NCBI GenBank assembly: GCA_016000265.1
Contig: JAECRL010000013.1
Coordinates: forward strand, 7,387-71,386
Length of the DNA stretch: 64,000 nucleotides
Source: Burkholderiales bacterium
GTDB lineage: Bacteria > Pseudomonadota > Gammaproteobacteria > Burkholderiales > Burkholderiaceae_C
Reading direction: 5' to 3'
Made by a program: the position numbers and the translations under genes. The notes beneath the pieces are model-generated. The model made no database searches. It saw nothing but the letters and a program-made list of their open reading frames with translations, and was not told where the DNA came from. Position 1 is the first letter of the stretch. Each line of letters starts with the position of its first letter. Of the stretch, positions 43,026-52,855 are shown piece by piece.

Positions 43026-44735
43026 TCACTCCTCGATCTCGGCGCTCACGCGCATGGCCTCGTCGACCGTGGTCAGCCCCTCCATCACCAGGCGCACGGC
43101 GTCGCGGCGCAGCGTCTGGCCGGCCATCTGCTCGCGGGCCTTTTGCGTGAACAAACCGGGCTGCGGGTGGGCGATGGCGTCGATCAAAGGCAGCGTCATC
43201 TCCAGGAACTCGTAGACACCGGTGCGCCCGCGAAAGCCCGTCTGGCCGCAGTCGGGGCAGCCCTTGCCTTTGCGCAGGCGGCTCAAGTCGGCGTCGGGCC
43301 CGGCCAGCCGGTGCAGCATCGCCACCTCGTGGTCCTCGGGGGTGTGCGGGGCCGAGCACGCCGGGCAGATGGTGCGCACCAGGCGCTGAGCCACCACCAG
43401 TTGCAGCGACATCGAGACCATCCAGGCGGGCACGCCCATGTCGATGAGGCGCGCCGGCGTGGAGATGGCGTCGTTGGTGTGCAGCGTCGACAGCACCAGG
43501 TGGCCCGTCATCGCCGCGCGCATGCCGATCTCGGCGGTCTGGCGGTCGCGCATTTCGCCCACCAGGATGACGTCGGGGTCCTGGCGCAGCGCCGAGCGCA
43601 GCACGCGCTCGAAGGTCAGGTCGATCTTGTCCATCACCTGCACCTGGTTGAGGCCGGGCAGGCGGTACTCCACCGGGTCTTCCACGGTGATGATCTTGCG
43701 CTCGGTGCTGTTGAGCACGTTGAGCGCGCCGTACAGCGTGGTGGTCTTGCCGGAGCCGGTCGGGCCGGTCACCAGGATCAGCCCGCTGGGCTTGTCGATG
43801 GCGCGGTAGAAGGCCGCGCGCATCGGCCCGGGCAGGCGCAGCTTGTCGAGGTCCAGCATGCCCGAGCTCTGGCTGAGCAAACGCATGACCACCGACTCGC
43901 CGTGCTGCGACGGCAGCGTCGAGATCCGCACGTCCACCGTGCCATCCTTGAGGCGCACGGCGAAGCGGCCGTCTTGCGGCAGGCGCTTCTCCGAGATGTC
44001 CAGCCCGGACATCAGCTTCAAGCGCAGCGCCACGGCCGAGGCGATCTTGGCATCGGCTTCGGTCTGCACGTGCAGCACGCCGTCGATGCGAAAGCGGATG
44101 CGCAGTTGCTTGTCCTGCGGCTCGATGTGGATGTCGGAGGCGCGCAGGCGCAGCGCCTGCTCGAACACCGAGTACAGCAGGCGCACCACTGGCGCGTCTT
44201 CGTTGCTGGTGGAGTCCATGCCCAGCAGGTCGCCCAGGTCGGTCTCCAGGCTGGCGAGCTCCGAGGTCAGCTCGCGCGCCAGGCCCTCGATCTCCTGCTT
44301 GCTGCTGTAGACGCGGTCCAGCGCCACCTGCAGGTGGGTCTCGGTGATGACGGCCAGCTCGATGTTGCGCTTGAGCAGGCGGCCGATCTCGTCGTAGGCG
44401 TAGATGTCCGTCGGGTCGGCCATGCCCACCATCAGGCCGTTGGGCGGGTCGTCGAGCACGATGGCGCGCAGGCGCCGCGCGTGGCCCTCGGGCAGCTGCT
44501 GGGCCAGCTCCGGGCGCAGCGGGAAGTGCGCCAGGTCGATGAAGGGCGAGCGCAGCTGGCGGGCCACCGCCTTGGCGATCTGCGCCTCGGTGATCCAGTC
44601 GTGGTCGACCAGCACCTGGCCGAGCTTGCGCCCGCTGCTGCGCTGCTCGCCCAGGGCCTGCTCCAGCTGTTCGTTGGAGATCAGGTTGTCCTGGACCAGC
44701 AGGTCACCCAGACGGAAGCGCTGAGGGCGTGACAT
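43026..44735 (-). CDS. mshE: Pilus assembly ATPase MshE with MshEN domain
   Basis: RLGDLLV N-terminus; GPTGSGKTTT Walker A; LRQDPDVILVGEMRD; CxxC...CxxC. Confidence 0.95.
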   Translation of the reverse strand: MSRPQRFRLGDLLVQDNLISNEQLEQALGEQRSSGRKLGQVLVDHDWITEAQIAKAVARQLRSPFIDLAHFPLRPELAQQLPEGHARRLRAIVLDDPPNGLMVGMADPTDIYAYDEIGRLLKRNIELAVITETHLQVALDRVYSSKQEIEGLARELTSELASLETDLGDLLGMDSTSNEDAPVVRLLYSVFEQALRLRASDIHIEPQDKQLRIRFRIDGVLHVQTEADAKIASAVALRLKLMSGLDISEKRLPQDGRFAVRLKDGTVDVRISTLPSQHGESVVMRLLSQSSGMLDLDKLRLPGPMRAAFYRAIDKPSGLILVTGPTGSGKTTTLYGALNVLNSTERKIITVEDPVEYRLPGLNQVQVMDKIDLTFERVLRSALRQDPDVILVGEMRDRQTAEIGMRAAMTGHLVLSTLHTNDAISTPARLIDMGVPAWMVSMSLQLVVAQRLVRTICPACSAPHTPEDHEVAMLHRLAGPDADLSRLRKGKGCPDCGQTGFRGRTGVYEFLEMTLPLIDAIAHPQPGLFTQKAREQMAGQTLRRDAVRLVMEGLTTVDEAMRVSAEIEE

Positions 44736-44756
44736 GGTTTGACTCCGGCTCTGGGC

Positions 44757-46478
44757 TCAGGGGGCGCCGTTGAACTTGGCCGCGCCCAGCTCGACCGAGG
44801 GCCAGCCCTGGCCATCCTCGCCGATCACGGTCGGCTTGATGAGGATGATCAGCTCCTGCTTGGTCTCGCTGGTGGACTGGTAGCGGAACAGGCCGCCCAC
44901 GCCCGGCACGGCGCTCAGGCCCGGCACGCCGCTGCGGTCGGCGTTGTTGCTCTGGCGCATGAGGCCGCCGATGGCCACGATCTGGCCGTCCTGCACGCGC
45001 ACGATGCTGTCGGTCTCGTTGATCGAGCTCGACGCCAGGGGCAGGCGGTAGGAGCCCAGCTCACCCAGGTCGATGACCTTCTCCTTCTCCGCGACCTGGC
45101 TGATGGCCGGGTGCACATGCAACATCACCGTGCCGTTCTCGTCGATCTGAGGCGTCACGTCCAGCGAGATGCCACTGAAGAAGGGCTGCAGCGTCAGCGT
45201 CGGCGAGCTGGTGGTGCTGCTGCCGGTGCTGGTCTGCGTGGTCGTGATGCCGGTGACGAACAGCTCGTCGCTGCCCACCTTGAGGACGGCCTTCTGGTTG
45301 TTGAGCGTGGCGATGCGCGGGCTGGAGAGCACCTTCACGTCGCCCTGGGTTTCGAGGAAGGACAGCAGCGCGGCGAAGTTGGCCGACTGGAAGGCCAGGC
45401 CGTAGAAGCCCTTGCCGAGCTTTTCCGTCACGGCCGAGACACCGGCGTTGACGGTGATGTTGTTGTCCTTGAGCGAGCCCGTGTTGGTCAGGCTCACGCC
45501 CGGGGCCATGCCGATGGCGCCGGACTTGACGTTGCCGCTGTTGATGCCGCGAAACGCCGTCCAGTTCACGCCCGTCTCCGAGCCCTTGCTCAGGCCCACC
45601 TCGACGATCTTGGCCTCCAGCATGACCTGGCGCTCGATGGTGAGCTGGATGGCGCGCAGGTAGTCGGCCACCTGGCGCAGCTCGGCCGGGGTGGCACGCA
45701 CCACGATCACGCCCGCACCGGGGTTGAGCGTGACGGCGCGCCCGGGCTCCTTGCCCACCATGTTCTGCAGCGCGTCGTTGACCTCGCGCCAGAAGTCGGT
45801 GTCGGAGGTCATGCGCACGGACGACGTGTCCTGGCCGCGGGTGCCCGAGCCGCCCGAGCCGGTGGAGCCCGTGCTGGCCGCGCCCCCGCCGCTGGAGCCC
45901 GGCTGGGCGATGGAGCTGGAGCTCACGCGCAGGTCGGAGGCCCCCACGCGGCGACCGGGCAGGTAGTTGATCTTGTAGAGCCGGGTCTGCACGGTGTTGG
46001 GGTAGACGAACACGCGGTTGCCCGAGGCCATGCGGAAGTCATAGCCATGCAACTCGCGCAGCGTCTCCAGCGCCTCCGGCACCGTGGTCTGCTTGAGCGA
46101 CAGCGTGACCGTGCCCGCCAGATCGGGCGAAACCAGGATGTTGTAGGCCGTGTTCACGCCCAACTGCAAGAACACCTGGGCGGCCGGCGCGTTGTTGACC
46201 GACAGGTCGAAGCGCGCCTCCGCGCTGCGGGGGGCGGGGGCCGCGATGGGCGCCGCAATGGGCGCTGCGATCGGGGCGACCAGGGCAGCCGGTGCGGCCG
46301 GGGGCACCGCCGCCGCCAGCAGGCGCGCCGAGGGCAAGGCACCCAGGGTGGTGCTCATGCGGCCGGTCATGCGGCCGGTCTCGGCGGACGTCAGGGACTC
46401 GGTGGCAGAAGCCAGGATCGGCGAGAAGGCCAGGCTGCAAGCCAGCGCCGCCGCGATGCGGGTTCGGATCATGTTCAT
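44757..46478 (-). CDS. mshL: Secretin MshL
   Basis: ERQVMLEAKIVEV, LSSPRIATLNNQKAVLKVG, PFFSGISLDVTPQI, VAIGGLM. Confidence 0.93.
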   Translation of the reverse strand: MNMIRTRIAAALACSLAFSPILASATESLTSAETGRMTGRMSTTLGALPSARLLAAAVPPAAPAALVAPIAAPIAAPIAAPAPRSAEARFDLSVNNAPAAQVFLQLGVNTAYNILVSPDLAGTVTLSLKQTTVPEALETLRELHGYDFRMASGNRVFVYPNTVQTRLYKINYLPGRRVGASDLRVSSSSIAQPGSSGGGAASTGSTGSGGSGTRGQDTSSVRMTSDTDFWREVNDALQNMVGKEPGRAVTLNPGAGVIVVRATPAELRQVADYLRAIQLTIERQVMLEAKIVEVGLSKGSETGVNWTAFRGINSGNVKSGAIGMAPGVSLTNTGSLKDNNITVNAGVSAVTEKLGKGFYGLAFQSANFAALLSFLETQGDVKVLSSPRIATLNNQKAVLKVGSDELFVTGITTTQTSTGSSTTSSPTLTLQPFFSGISLDVTPQIDENGTVMLHVHPAISQVAEKEKVIDLGELGSYRLPLASSSINETDSIVRVQDGQIVAIGGLMRQSNNADRSGVPGLSAVPGVGGLFRYQSTSETKQELIILIKPTVIGEDGQGWPSVELGAAKFNGAP

Positions 46479-46975
46479 TCCTTTCGTCCTCGCTGGGGCA
46501 CGGCCACCGTCGGGGTCTTGTCAATCTGGCTGTCGCCCAGCAGGCTCAGTCGCACGCGGCCACGGGGGCCTTGAAACACCACGTCGTGGCGGCCGATGGC
46601 CACCAGCTGCCAGCCGCCCTCCCGGAGCCGGGCTCCGGGCTCCAGCAAGACGTCGTTGACCAGGGCCACGCTGCGCCCGTTGCGCTCGTCAAACCGAATG
46701 GCCTGCAGGCGCAAGGGCTGGGGTTTGGGCGCGGCGGCCTGCGACGCCGACGACGCCGCGCCCGACGCAGCCAGGGCCGCACCCGGCGCCCCCTCGGCGC
46801 GCCCCGGGTTGGCGGCGGCGGCCTTGTCAGAGCGGGCCACCCCCGGTGGCGGTCGGGTCGGGTCGCTCAGGCCCTGCAACGAAGCGGCGTGGGCAAGGGG
46901 CCCGACGTGAACAGCCAGCAGCACCCACAGCGCGGCTCGGCCACTCAAACGACGAATCGGGAAGGGCGGGCTCAT
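46475..46975 (-). CDS. mshK: MshK
   Basis: LSDPTRPP; LQAIRF...ALVN; ATGA overlap with mshJ. Confidence 0.8.
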   Translation of the reverse strand: MSPPFPIRRLSGRAALWVLLAVHVGPLAHAASLQGLSDPTRPPPGVARSDKAAAANPGRAEGAPGAALAASGAASSASQAAAPKPQPLRLQAIRFDERNGRSVALVNDVLLEPGARLREGGWQLVAIGRHDVVFQGPRGRVRLSLLGDSQIDKTPTVAVPQRGRKE

Positions 46976-47706
46976 GGGGCGATCTCCAGCGTGTCGCGAT
47001 CGGGGCTGAAGGTGTGCACCTCGAGCGTGAGAACGAGTTGGGCGTCTTCGTTGGCGCTCAGCGTCATGCCGTCCCACAACAGGCGACGCGGCAGCTGCTC
47101 GACGCTGCGCAGCCAACCCACCAGGTCCAGGTAGCCGCCAGCGACGCTGACCTCCAGGCCGTGGCTGAACAGCACCGGCGTGGCGTTCTCCATGCCGGCG
47201 GGCGGCTGGAACTTCACCTCGGTGGGCGGCAAGGTGCGCATGGCCTTGAGCTTGAGCTGACCGTTCTGCACCAACAGGCCCTCCAGCAGGGCCTGCATCT
47301 CGCGCGCCGGCGCCATCATGGACTGCTGCTTGGCCAGCTCCTGCTCGCCATCGGCCAGGCGCTTGCGCACCAGCTCGCGCTCTTTCTCTGCGGCCAGCAA
47401 GCGGTTGGCCAGCTCGATGCGCTTGCGGTTGATCTCGTTTTGCAGCGCATCGCGGCCGGTCACCGCCTGCTGCTCGCGGCTGCGTGCGGCCTTGAGCTGC
47501 TCGAAGGCCGGCGTGATCATGAAGGTGTCGAAGACGAACCAGATCAGCGCCAGCACGGCGATGATCAGCAAGCGCCGCTCATTGGGCAGGCGAGCGTCGA
47601 ACTGGCGACGCCCCTGCCGCCAGCGCATCTGCACCTCGGGCAACCAGCGGTCCAGGCCCGGCAAGGACAGCTTGGCCTTGGGCAGGTTGAAGTCGAGCCC
47701 CTTCAT
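46972..47706 (-). CDS. mshJ: MshJ (PilO-like)
   Basis: LPNERRLLIIAVL TM, coiled coil, HGLEVSVAGGYLDLVGWLRSVEQLP. Confidence 0.85.
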   Translation of the reverse strand: MKGLDFNLPKAKLSLPGLDRWLPEVQMRWRQGRRQFDARLPNERRLLIIAVLALIWFVFDTFMITPAFEQLKAARSREQQAVTGRDALQNEINRKRIELANRLLAAEKERELVRKRLADGEQELAKQQSMMAPAREMQALLEGLLVQNGQLKLKAMRTLPPTEVKFQPPAGMENATPVLFSHGLEVSVAGGYLDLVGWLRSVEQLPRRLLWDGMTLSANEDAQLVLTLEVHTFSPDRDTLEIAP

Positions 47707-49265
47707 GGCGCCCCTTTCTTGCTGAGGCGGTCCACGGCGTCGCGACCCCGCAGGGTGAATTCGGTGACGCCGACCGGGACCTTGTCGCCCTCGCCGATGT
47801 CACGCATCTCGATCTGGGCGAAACGCCGCCCCTTGAAACGGTCTTCCTGCTCCAGGCGGCGCAGGTACTGTGGCAGCGCCGCCGGGTTGGTCATGCGCCC
47901 CGTCAGCTCGACGTCGCGGCCATCGCCGCGCACCTTCAGGTTCGTGATCCACAGACCCGACTGGCTCTGGCGCCCCAAGGCCACCAGGAAGTCCGAGTAC
48001 CCCATCGACGCCGACGACATGCGCCCCTGCAGCACCTCGCGCAACTGGGTCTGCATGACCTCGCGGCGACGCAACTCATCGAGCTCACGCGTGACGTTGC
48101 TGGCCTCCGGGGCCGTGGCCAGGCGCTGCAAATTGGCCAGCTCGGCCTCGACTTGCTGCACCCGCCCACTGGCCTGCGAAGCCATGATCGTCAAGGCGCC
48201 TCCGGCCAGCAGGCCGATGGCGGCGGCCAGCCCCGCCAGGCGCAGGCCCATCACCGCCCCCCATGCGCCCGACTGCTCATCGGCACCCGGGTCGTCGACC
48301 AGCTTGAGTTGCTGGCGCCCGCGCGCCTGAGACAGCGGACGCAAGGCCGCGCCCAGCGCGCACAGCTCGGGCAGGCTCGGCGAGCGCGCGCCCCAGTCGA
48401 CCACGCCCTCCACCACCGACACGTCCACCCACTGCGACAGCACGAAGGCCTGCACGGGCACGTAAATCAACTCCGACAGCTGGGTGATGACCTCTTCGCC
48501 ACTGCCCGCCGGCAGCACCACGGACAGCCCCTGCAGGCTGACCTGGCTGTGCATGCGCTCGAAGGTGTCGATGGTGCGCAGCACCTCCAGCGAGGTGCGG
48601 CTGAGGGCGCCCTCGCGCGACTCGCTGGACGCGGTCATCGCCGCGCCGTGCACCTCGATGTGCCGCATCATCACCAGCTCGCCCTGGTAGGTGATCACCA
48701 GCAGCCCCCCGTTGTCGCCGAAGACCAGCAGCGCGTGCGCCTTGCCCTCTTCCTCGACCAGGGCGCTGAGGTTGCGCAGCGCCGTCTCCTCGACCTCCAG
48801 GGCCGACCAGCCCATGCCCGCGTCATCGGCGGCCAGGGTCAGCGCCGCGTGCTGCTCGCGCGGCACCACGACGGTCAGCGTCGGGTTGTTCTGACGCAGC
48901 TGGGTGGCCTGCGGCACCTCCAGCACGTCGATGATGGCGTCGTCGACCCCGAAGTCGACCTGATCGCGCAAGGACCAGCGCAGCGCATCGGCCCACTCCG
49001 GGCGCGGCACGTCGGGCGCGGCGATGGACACCAGGCGGCAACCCGCTGCGGGCACCAGGCCCACGAGGTGAGCCTGGTTCAGGCGCCTGCTGCGCTGCAA
49101 GGCCCGCAGGCCGGCGGTCAGGTTGCTCGCGTCGACCTTGCCGACCCAGTTGACGACGGGGCGCTGATCGGCGGCATGGGTCACCTCCACCGCGACGACG
49201 ACGGCGCCATCCTGGGCCACGCCGACCCAGGAAGCTGATGATGGTGACTGACGACGAAACGGCAT
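47703..49265 (-). CDS. mshI: MshI (PilM-like + PilN-like)
   Basis: APDVPRPEWADALRWSLRDQVDF, ALEVEETALRNL, LEVLRTIDTFER; TM then GLWITNL...LPQYLRRL. Confidence 0.85.
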   Translation of the reverse strand: MPFRRQSPSSASWVGVAQDGAVVVAVEVTHAADQRPVVNWVGKVDASNLTAGLRALQRSRRLNQAHLVGLVPAAGCRLVSIAAPDVPRPEWADALRWSLRDQVDFGVDDAIIDVLEVPQATQLRQNNPTLTVVVPREQHAALTLAADDAGMGWSALEVEETALRNLSALVEEEGKAHALLVFGDNGGLLVITYQGELVMMRHIEVHGAAMTASSESREGALSRTSLEVLRTIDTFERMHSQVSLQGLSVVLPAGSGEEVITQLSELIYVPVQAFVLSQWVDVSVVEGVVDWGARSPSLPELCALGAALRPLSQARGRQQLKLVDDPGADEQSGAWGAVMGLRLAGLAAAIGLLAGGALTIMASQASGRVQQVEAELANLQRLATAPEASNVTRELDELRRREVMQTQLREVLQGRMSSASMGYSDFLVALGRQSQSGLWITNLKVRGDGRDVELTGRMTNPAALPQYLRRLEQEDRFKGRRFAQIEMRDIGEGDKVPVGVTEFTLRGRDAVDRLSKKGAP

Positions 49266-49395
49266 GCCGGACTCCGAGACTCTTACGTCGGAGATGCTGC
49301 CAGAGCCTTTTTTGCCAAGTGGAAGGAATAAACGCCGCTTCGTGCGGTATTTCTCGCCACCCCGCGCCATCGAAGCCCAGCCGGGCGCCGCGCGC

Positions 49396-51738
49396 TCAGT
49401 TCAGCAGGCGAGCCGGGTCGGCGTCGAGCTTGGCCAGCGCCTGGCGCGTGGCGCGCGTCGTCAAAGACTCCTCTTCGACGGGCAGCATCAGGCCGGCTTG
49501 CAAGAAGGCGCCCAGGCGATGCAGCTGGAACAGCACGCCCCGCCCTTGCGGCGTCACGAACAGGCTGAGCTGCTTGTGCAGGCCCTGCCAGGCCAGCTGA
49601 ACCTGCTCGCTGCGGCCCCGGTAGTCCAGCTGGAACCAGGCCCCGATCTGCAGCTCGCGCGCCCAGGCCTGCATGGCCGGTGTGGGCATGGAGCCGCCCT
49701 CGGCCACGACCTCCAGGTCCTCGGACTCGTGGCCGGACAGGTCGCGCAAGGTGGCCGCGTCGAGCTCGATGTTCGCCAGGTCCGGCAGGATGTCGTCGAG
49801 CGCCTCCAGGCGCTGCGTGACCTCCAGCAAGTGCGCCGACGACAGCGGCGCCGAACGCGCCGAGAACGCCGCCGCCAGCGCGGTGTTGAGCGCCTGGATG
49901 TGCGCGTCCTGCGCCGGCGCGGCCAGGCCGGCGCGCATCATGCCCTCGCGCACCAGCTTCAAGAGCGGCGGCAGGCGGCGCAGCACCTCGGCGCGCTCCT
50001 CGCGCGAGGTCTTGGCACTGGCCGACCAGATCAGGTCCACCGCGGCGTGCTTGAGCGCGCGCGTTTCCTCGCTGGCCTGACCGGTCTGCACGGCGCTGTG
50101 GGCCAGCACGTCGGCCCAGACGCGAAAGAGGAAGTCGCGCACCCCGGCGTGCACCGGCACCGACTCCAGCATCTTGCGCAGCTCGATCGTGTACTGAATG
50201 GCCCAGGTCTCGCGCTGCTCGACCTGCTGCGCCAGGGACACGCCCTTGCGGCTGGCGGCGTGCTCGTCGCGGAAGTAGGTCTCCAGGAAGCGCTCGAACT
50301 CGGTCAGCACGGTCTGGAAGACCTTGCGCCCGGTGTCCGGGTAGGCCTCGACCACCTGCACGATGCGCTTGATCTCCTGGTTGAGCGCGTCCTCGCTGTC
50401 CTGCGCCCCGGAGACGAAGCCCATCACGCACGAGCCCATGCGGTCGATCAGGCGGCGCGCCGGGTGGCTGGTGGAGGCGAAGAAATCGGGCTCGCCCACG
50501 GCCACGCGCAACACCGGCATCTGCAGGCGGGCGAACCACACGCGCACCGTCGCCGGCAGGCGCTCTTCCGTCAGGATGGACTGGAACAGCAGCGCCACGA
50601 CCTCGATGGTGGCGCGCTCAGCCGGGCTGGCGGCGGCCTGCTTGAGGGTGGTGCGGTCCCGCTCCAGGTCGCGCAGCGCGACCTCCGGCGTGGTGGCCAC
50701 CCCGCCCTGCGGCTCGGCGCGGCGGCGCACCGCCTCGCCCACCTGTCGAATGGCCAGGCCCAGCGTGGGCGACACCACCGACGAGGGCGCGACGGCGGGC
50801 GGCGAGCCGCTCGGGCCCCCGCCCTGGCCTCCCCCTGAGGACGTGGCCAGGAAGCCCGACACCTGGCGCGACACCAGCGCGCTCAGCTGCCCCAGCACCG
50901 CTTGCGAACGCGAGGCCGTGCGCGACATGGCCGGCGTCTGCGTCATCAGGCGGGTTTCTTCGTGGGCGCGCCCCAGGGGCTGCAAGCCGCTGTTGCTGCC
51001 CCCCGGCGGGCGCGGCGCATCCAGCTCGCCCGGGCGGGTCGGCGCGGGGGCGTTGTCGCGGGCGCGCCGGATGAAGGGTCGCAGGTCGATCTCCGGGCGC
51101 ACCCCCTGCTCCAGCAGGGCCTTGTTGGCGTGGTGGTAGCCCTCCTGCACCCACTGCGCCACCTCCTGGTGCAGCACCGTCTGCAAGGTCTGCCAATGCT
51201 CGGGCGAGAGCTCGGCCTCAGCCCAGGCGTCGGCCACCTGGCGGGCCAGCCAGTGCGGGCTGAGCACATCGGTCGCCGCCGAGGCCGGGTGCACCGCCGC
51301 GGCGATGGACTGCAGGCGCGCGTTGAGGTCGGTGTACTCCTGGCCGGTCAGGTCCGAGACCGCCTGGGCCAGGCGCGACGCCGTCAGCTCCAGGTCGAGC
51401 TGGCTGTCGTCCACCAGCGTCAGGGGGATGTCGACCAGGGGCGCACCCGAGCGGGCCGCCTTGGCTCGCACCAGGCGCACGGGGCGGCCGGTGCGCAGGT
51501 CGGACAAGGCCTGGTGCAGCGTCGTGTCGAGGGCGGCGTGCCAGGCGCGGATGGCGCGTGGCAGGTCCAGCGCCAGGTCGCGCCGGCGCGAAGACAAGGC
51601 CGGCTCAGCCGCCTGAGCGGCCAGCAGGCGCGCGCCGTCCAGGCAGGCCTGGATGAGGCCGCGCGAGCCGCGGGTCAGCGCGTCCAGGTGCGCGACGCGG
51701 GCGTCGATGGCCAGCGCGCGAGGAGAGCCCAGGGTCAT
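49396..51738 (-). CDS. DUF1631 family protein
   Basis: IEVVALLFQSIL...ARLQMPVLRVA...HPARRLIDR; C-terminal GAWF...QLAWQGLHKQLSLFV. Confidence 0.75.
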   Translation of the reverse strand: MTLGSPRALAIDARVAHLDALTRGSRGLIQACLDGARLLAAQAAEPALSSRRRDLALDLPRAIRAWHAALDTTLHQALSDLRTGRPVRLVRAKAARSGAPLVDIPLTLVDDSQLDLELTASRLAQAVSDLTGQEYTDLNARLQSIAAAVHPASAATDVLSPHWLARQVADAWAEAELSPEHWQTLQTVLHQEVAQWVQEGYHHANKALLEQGVRPEIDLRPFIRRARDNAPAPTRPGELDAPRPPGGSNSGLQPLGRAHEETRLMTQTPAMSRTASRSQAVLGQLSALVSRQVSGFLATSSGGGQGGGPSGSPPAVAPSSVVSPTLGLAIRQVGEAVRRRAEPQGGVATTPEVALRDLERDRTTLKQAAASPAERATIEVVALLFQSILTEERLPATVRVWFARLQMPVLRVAVGEPDFFASTSHPARRLIDRMGSCVMGFVSGAQDSEDALNQEIKRIVQVVEAYPDTGRKVFQTVLTEFERFLETYFRDEHAASRKGVSLAQQVEQRETWAIQYTIELRKMLESVPVHAGVRDFLFRVWADVLAHSAVQTGQASEETRALKHAAVDLIWSASAKTSREERAEVLRRLPPLLKLVREGMMRAGLAAPAQDAHIQALNTALAAAFSARSAPLSSAHLLEVTQRLEALDDILPDLANIELDAATLRDLSGHESEDLEVVAEGGSMPTPAMQAWARELQIGAWFQLDYRGRSEQVQLAWQGLHKQLSLFVTPQGRGVLFQLHRLGAFLQAGLMLPVEEESLTTRATRQALAKLDADPARLLN

Positions 51739-51814
51739 GAGAATGGAAAAGGCCGATCAGCCCACCCGCAACAGGGTGTCACCGACCGGCCCGTGAGTTC
51801 CGGTTGAGCCGACT

Positions 51815-52831
51815 CTACACCACCGCCCCGGCGTGGGGGTCGTTGGGGTCGATGTCTTTCTTGGTGGCCTTGACCAGGTCCTCGCGCTTGACGCCCAGCC
51901 ACATCGCGATGGCCGCGGCCACGAACACCGAAGAGTAGATGCCGAAGACGATGCCGATGGTCAGGGCCAGGGCGAAGTAGTGCAGCGTCGGGCCGCCGAA
52001 CAGCAGCATGGCCAGCACCATCGCCTCGGTCGAGCCGTGGGTGATGATGGTGCGGCTCGTCGTCGAGGTGATGGCGTGGTCGATGACCTCCGACGTGCTC
52101 ATCTTGCGGAACTTGCGGAACGCCTCGCGGATGCGGTCGAAGATCACCACCGACTCGTTGACCGAGTAGCCCAGCACCGCCAGGATCGCCGCCAGCACCG
52201 ACAGCGAGAACTCCCACTGGAAGAAGGCGAAGAAGCCCAGGATGATGACCACGTCGTGCAGGTTGGCGATGATGCCGGCCACGGCGAACTTCCACTCGAA
52301 GCGGATGGCCAGGTAGATCATGATGCCCAGCACGGTCACGCCCAGCGCCAGGATGCCGTCTCGCGCCAGCTCGTCACCCACCTGCGGGCCGACGAACTCG
52401 GAGCGCTGCAGGCTCAGGGGCTCGCCGCCCGCGGCCTGACACACCTGGCGGTCGCCCTTGTCGGTGGACTGGAGCGCCACCTGACCGCCTTCGGCCGTGC
52501 ACAGCGCGGTGAAGACCTTGCCCACCAGCTCGGTCTGCTTCATGCCGCCGCGCAGGGGCAGGCGAATGAGCACGTCGCGCGAGGTGCCGAAGTTCTGCAC
52601 TTGCACCTCACCCAGCCCCAGCGACTCGACGGCGTGGCGGGTCTTGGGCAGGTCGGCGGCTTGCGCGTACTGCACCTCGATGAGCGAGCCACCGGTGAAC
52701 TCGATGGAGAAATGCAGGCCGCGGGTGATCAGGAAAAAGACGGCGGCCGCGAAGGTCAGGAACGAGATGACGTTGAAGATCAGCGCGTGCCGCATGAACG
52801 GGATGTCGCGCTTGATGCGGAAAAATTCCAT
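51815..52831 (-). CDS. secF: Protein translocase subunit SecF
   Basis: SIEFTGGSLIEV, EFVGPQVG, NLHDVVI, GYSVNESVVIFDRIRE. Confidence 0.97.
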   Translation of the reverse strand: MEFFRIKRDIPFMRHALIFNVISFLTFAAAVFFLITRGLHFSIEFTGGSLIEVQYAQAADLPKTRHAVESLGLGEVQVQNFGTSRDVLIRLPLRGGMKQTELVGKVFTALCTAEGGQVALQSTDKGDRQVCQAAGGEPLSLQRSEFVGPQVGDELARDGILALGVTVLGIMIYLAIRFEWKFAVAGIIANLHDVVIILGFFAFFQWEFSLSVLAAILAVLGYSVNESVVIFDRIREAFRKFRKMSTSEVIDHAITSTTSRTIITHGSTEAMVLAMLLFGGPTLHYFALALTIGIVFGIYSSVFVAAAIAMWLGVKREDLVKATKKDIDPNDPHAGAVV

Positions 52832-52855
52832 GGTGTTGTGCTCCGCTTGTTGCGC

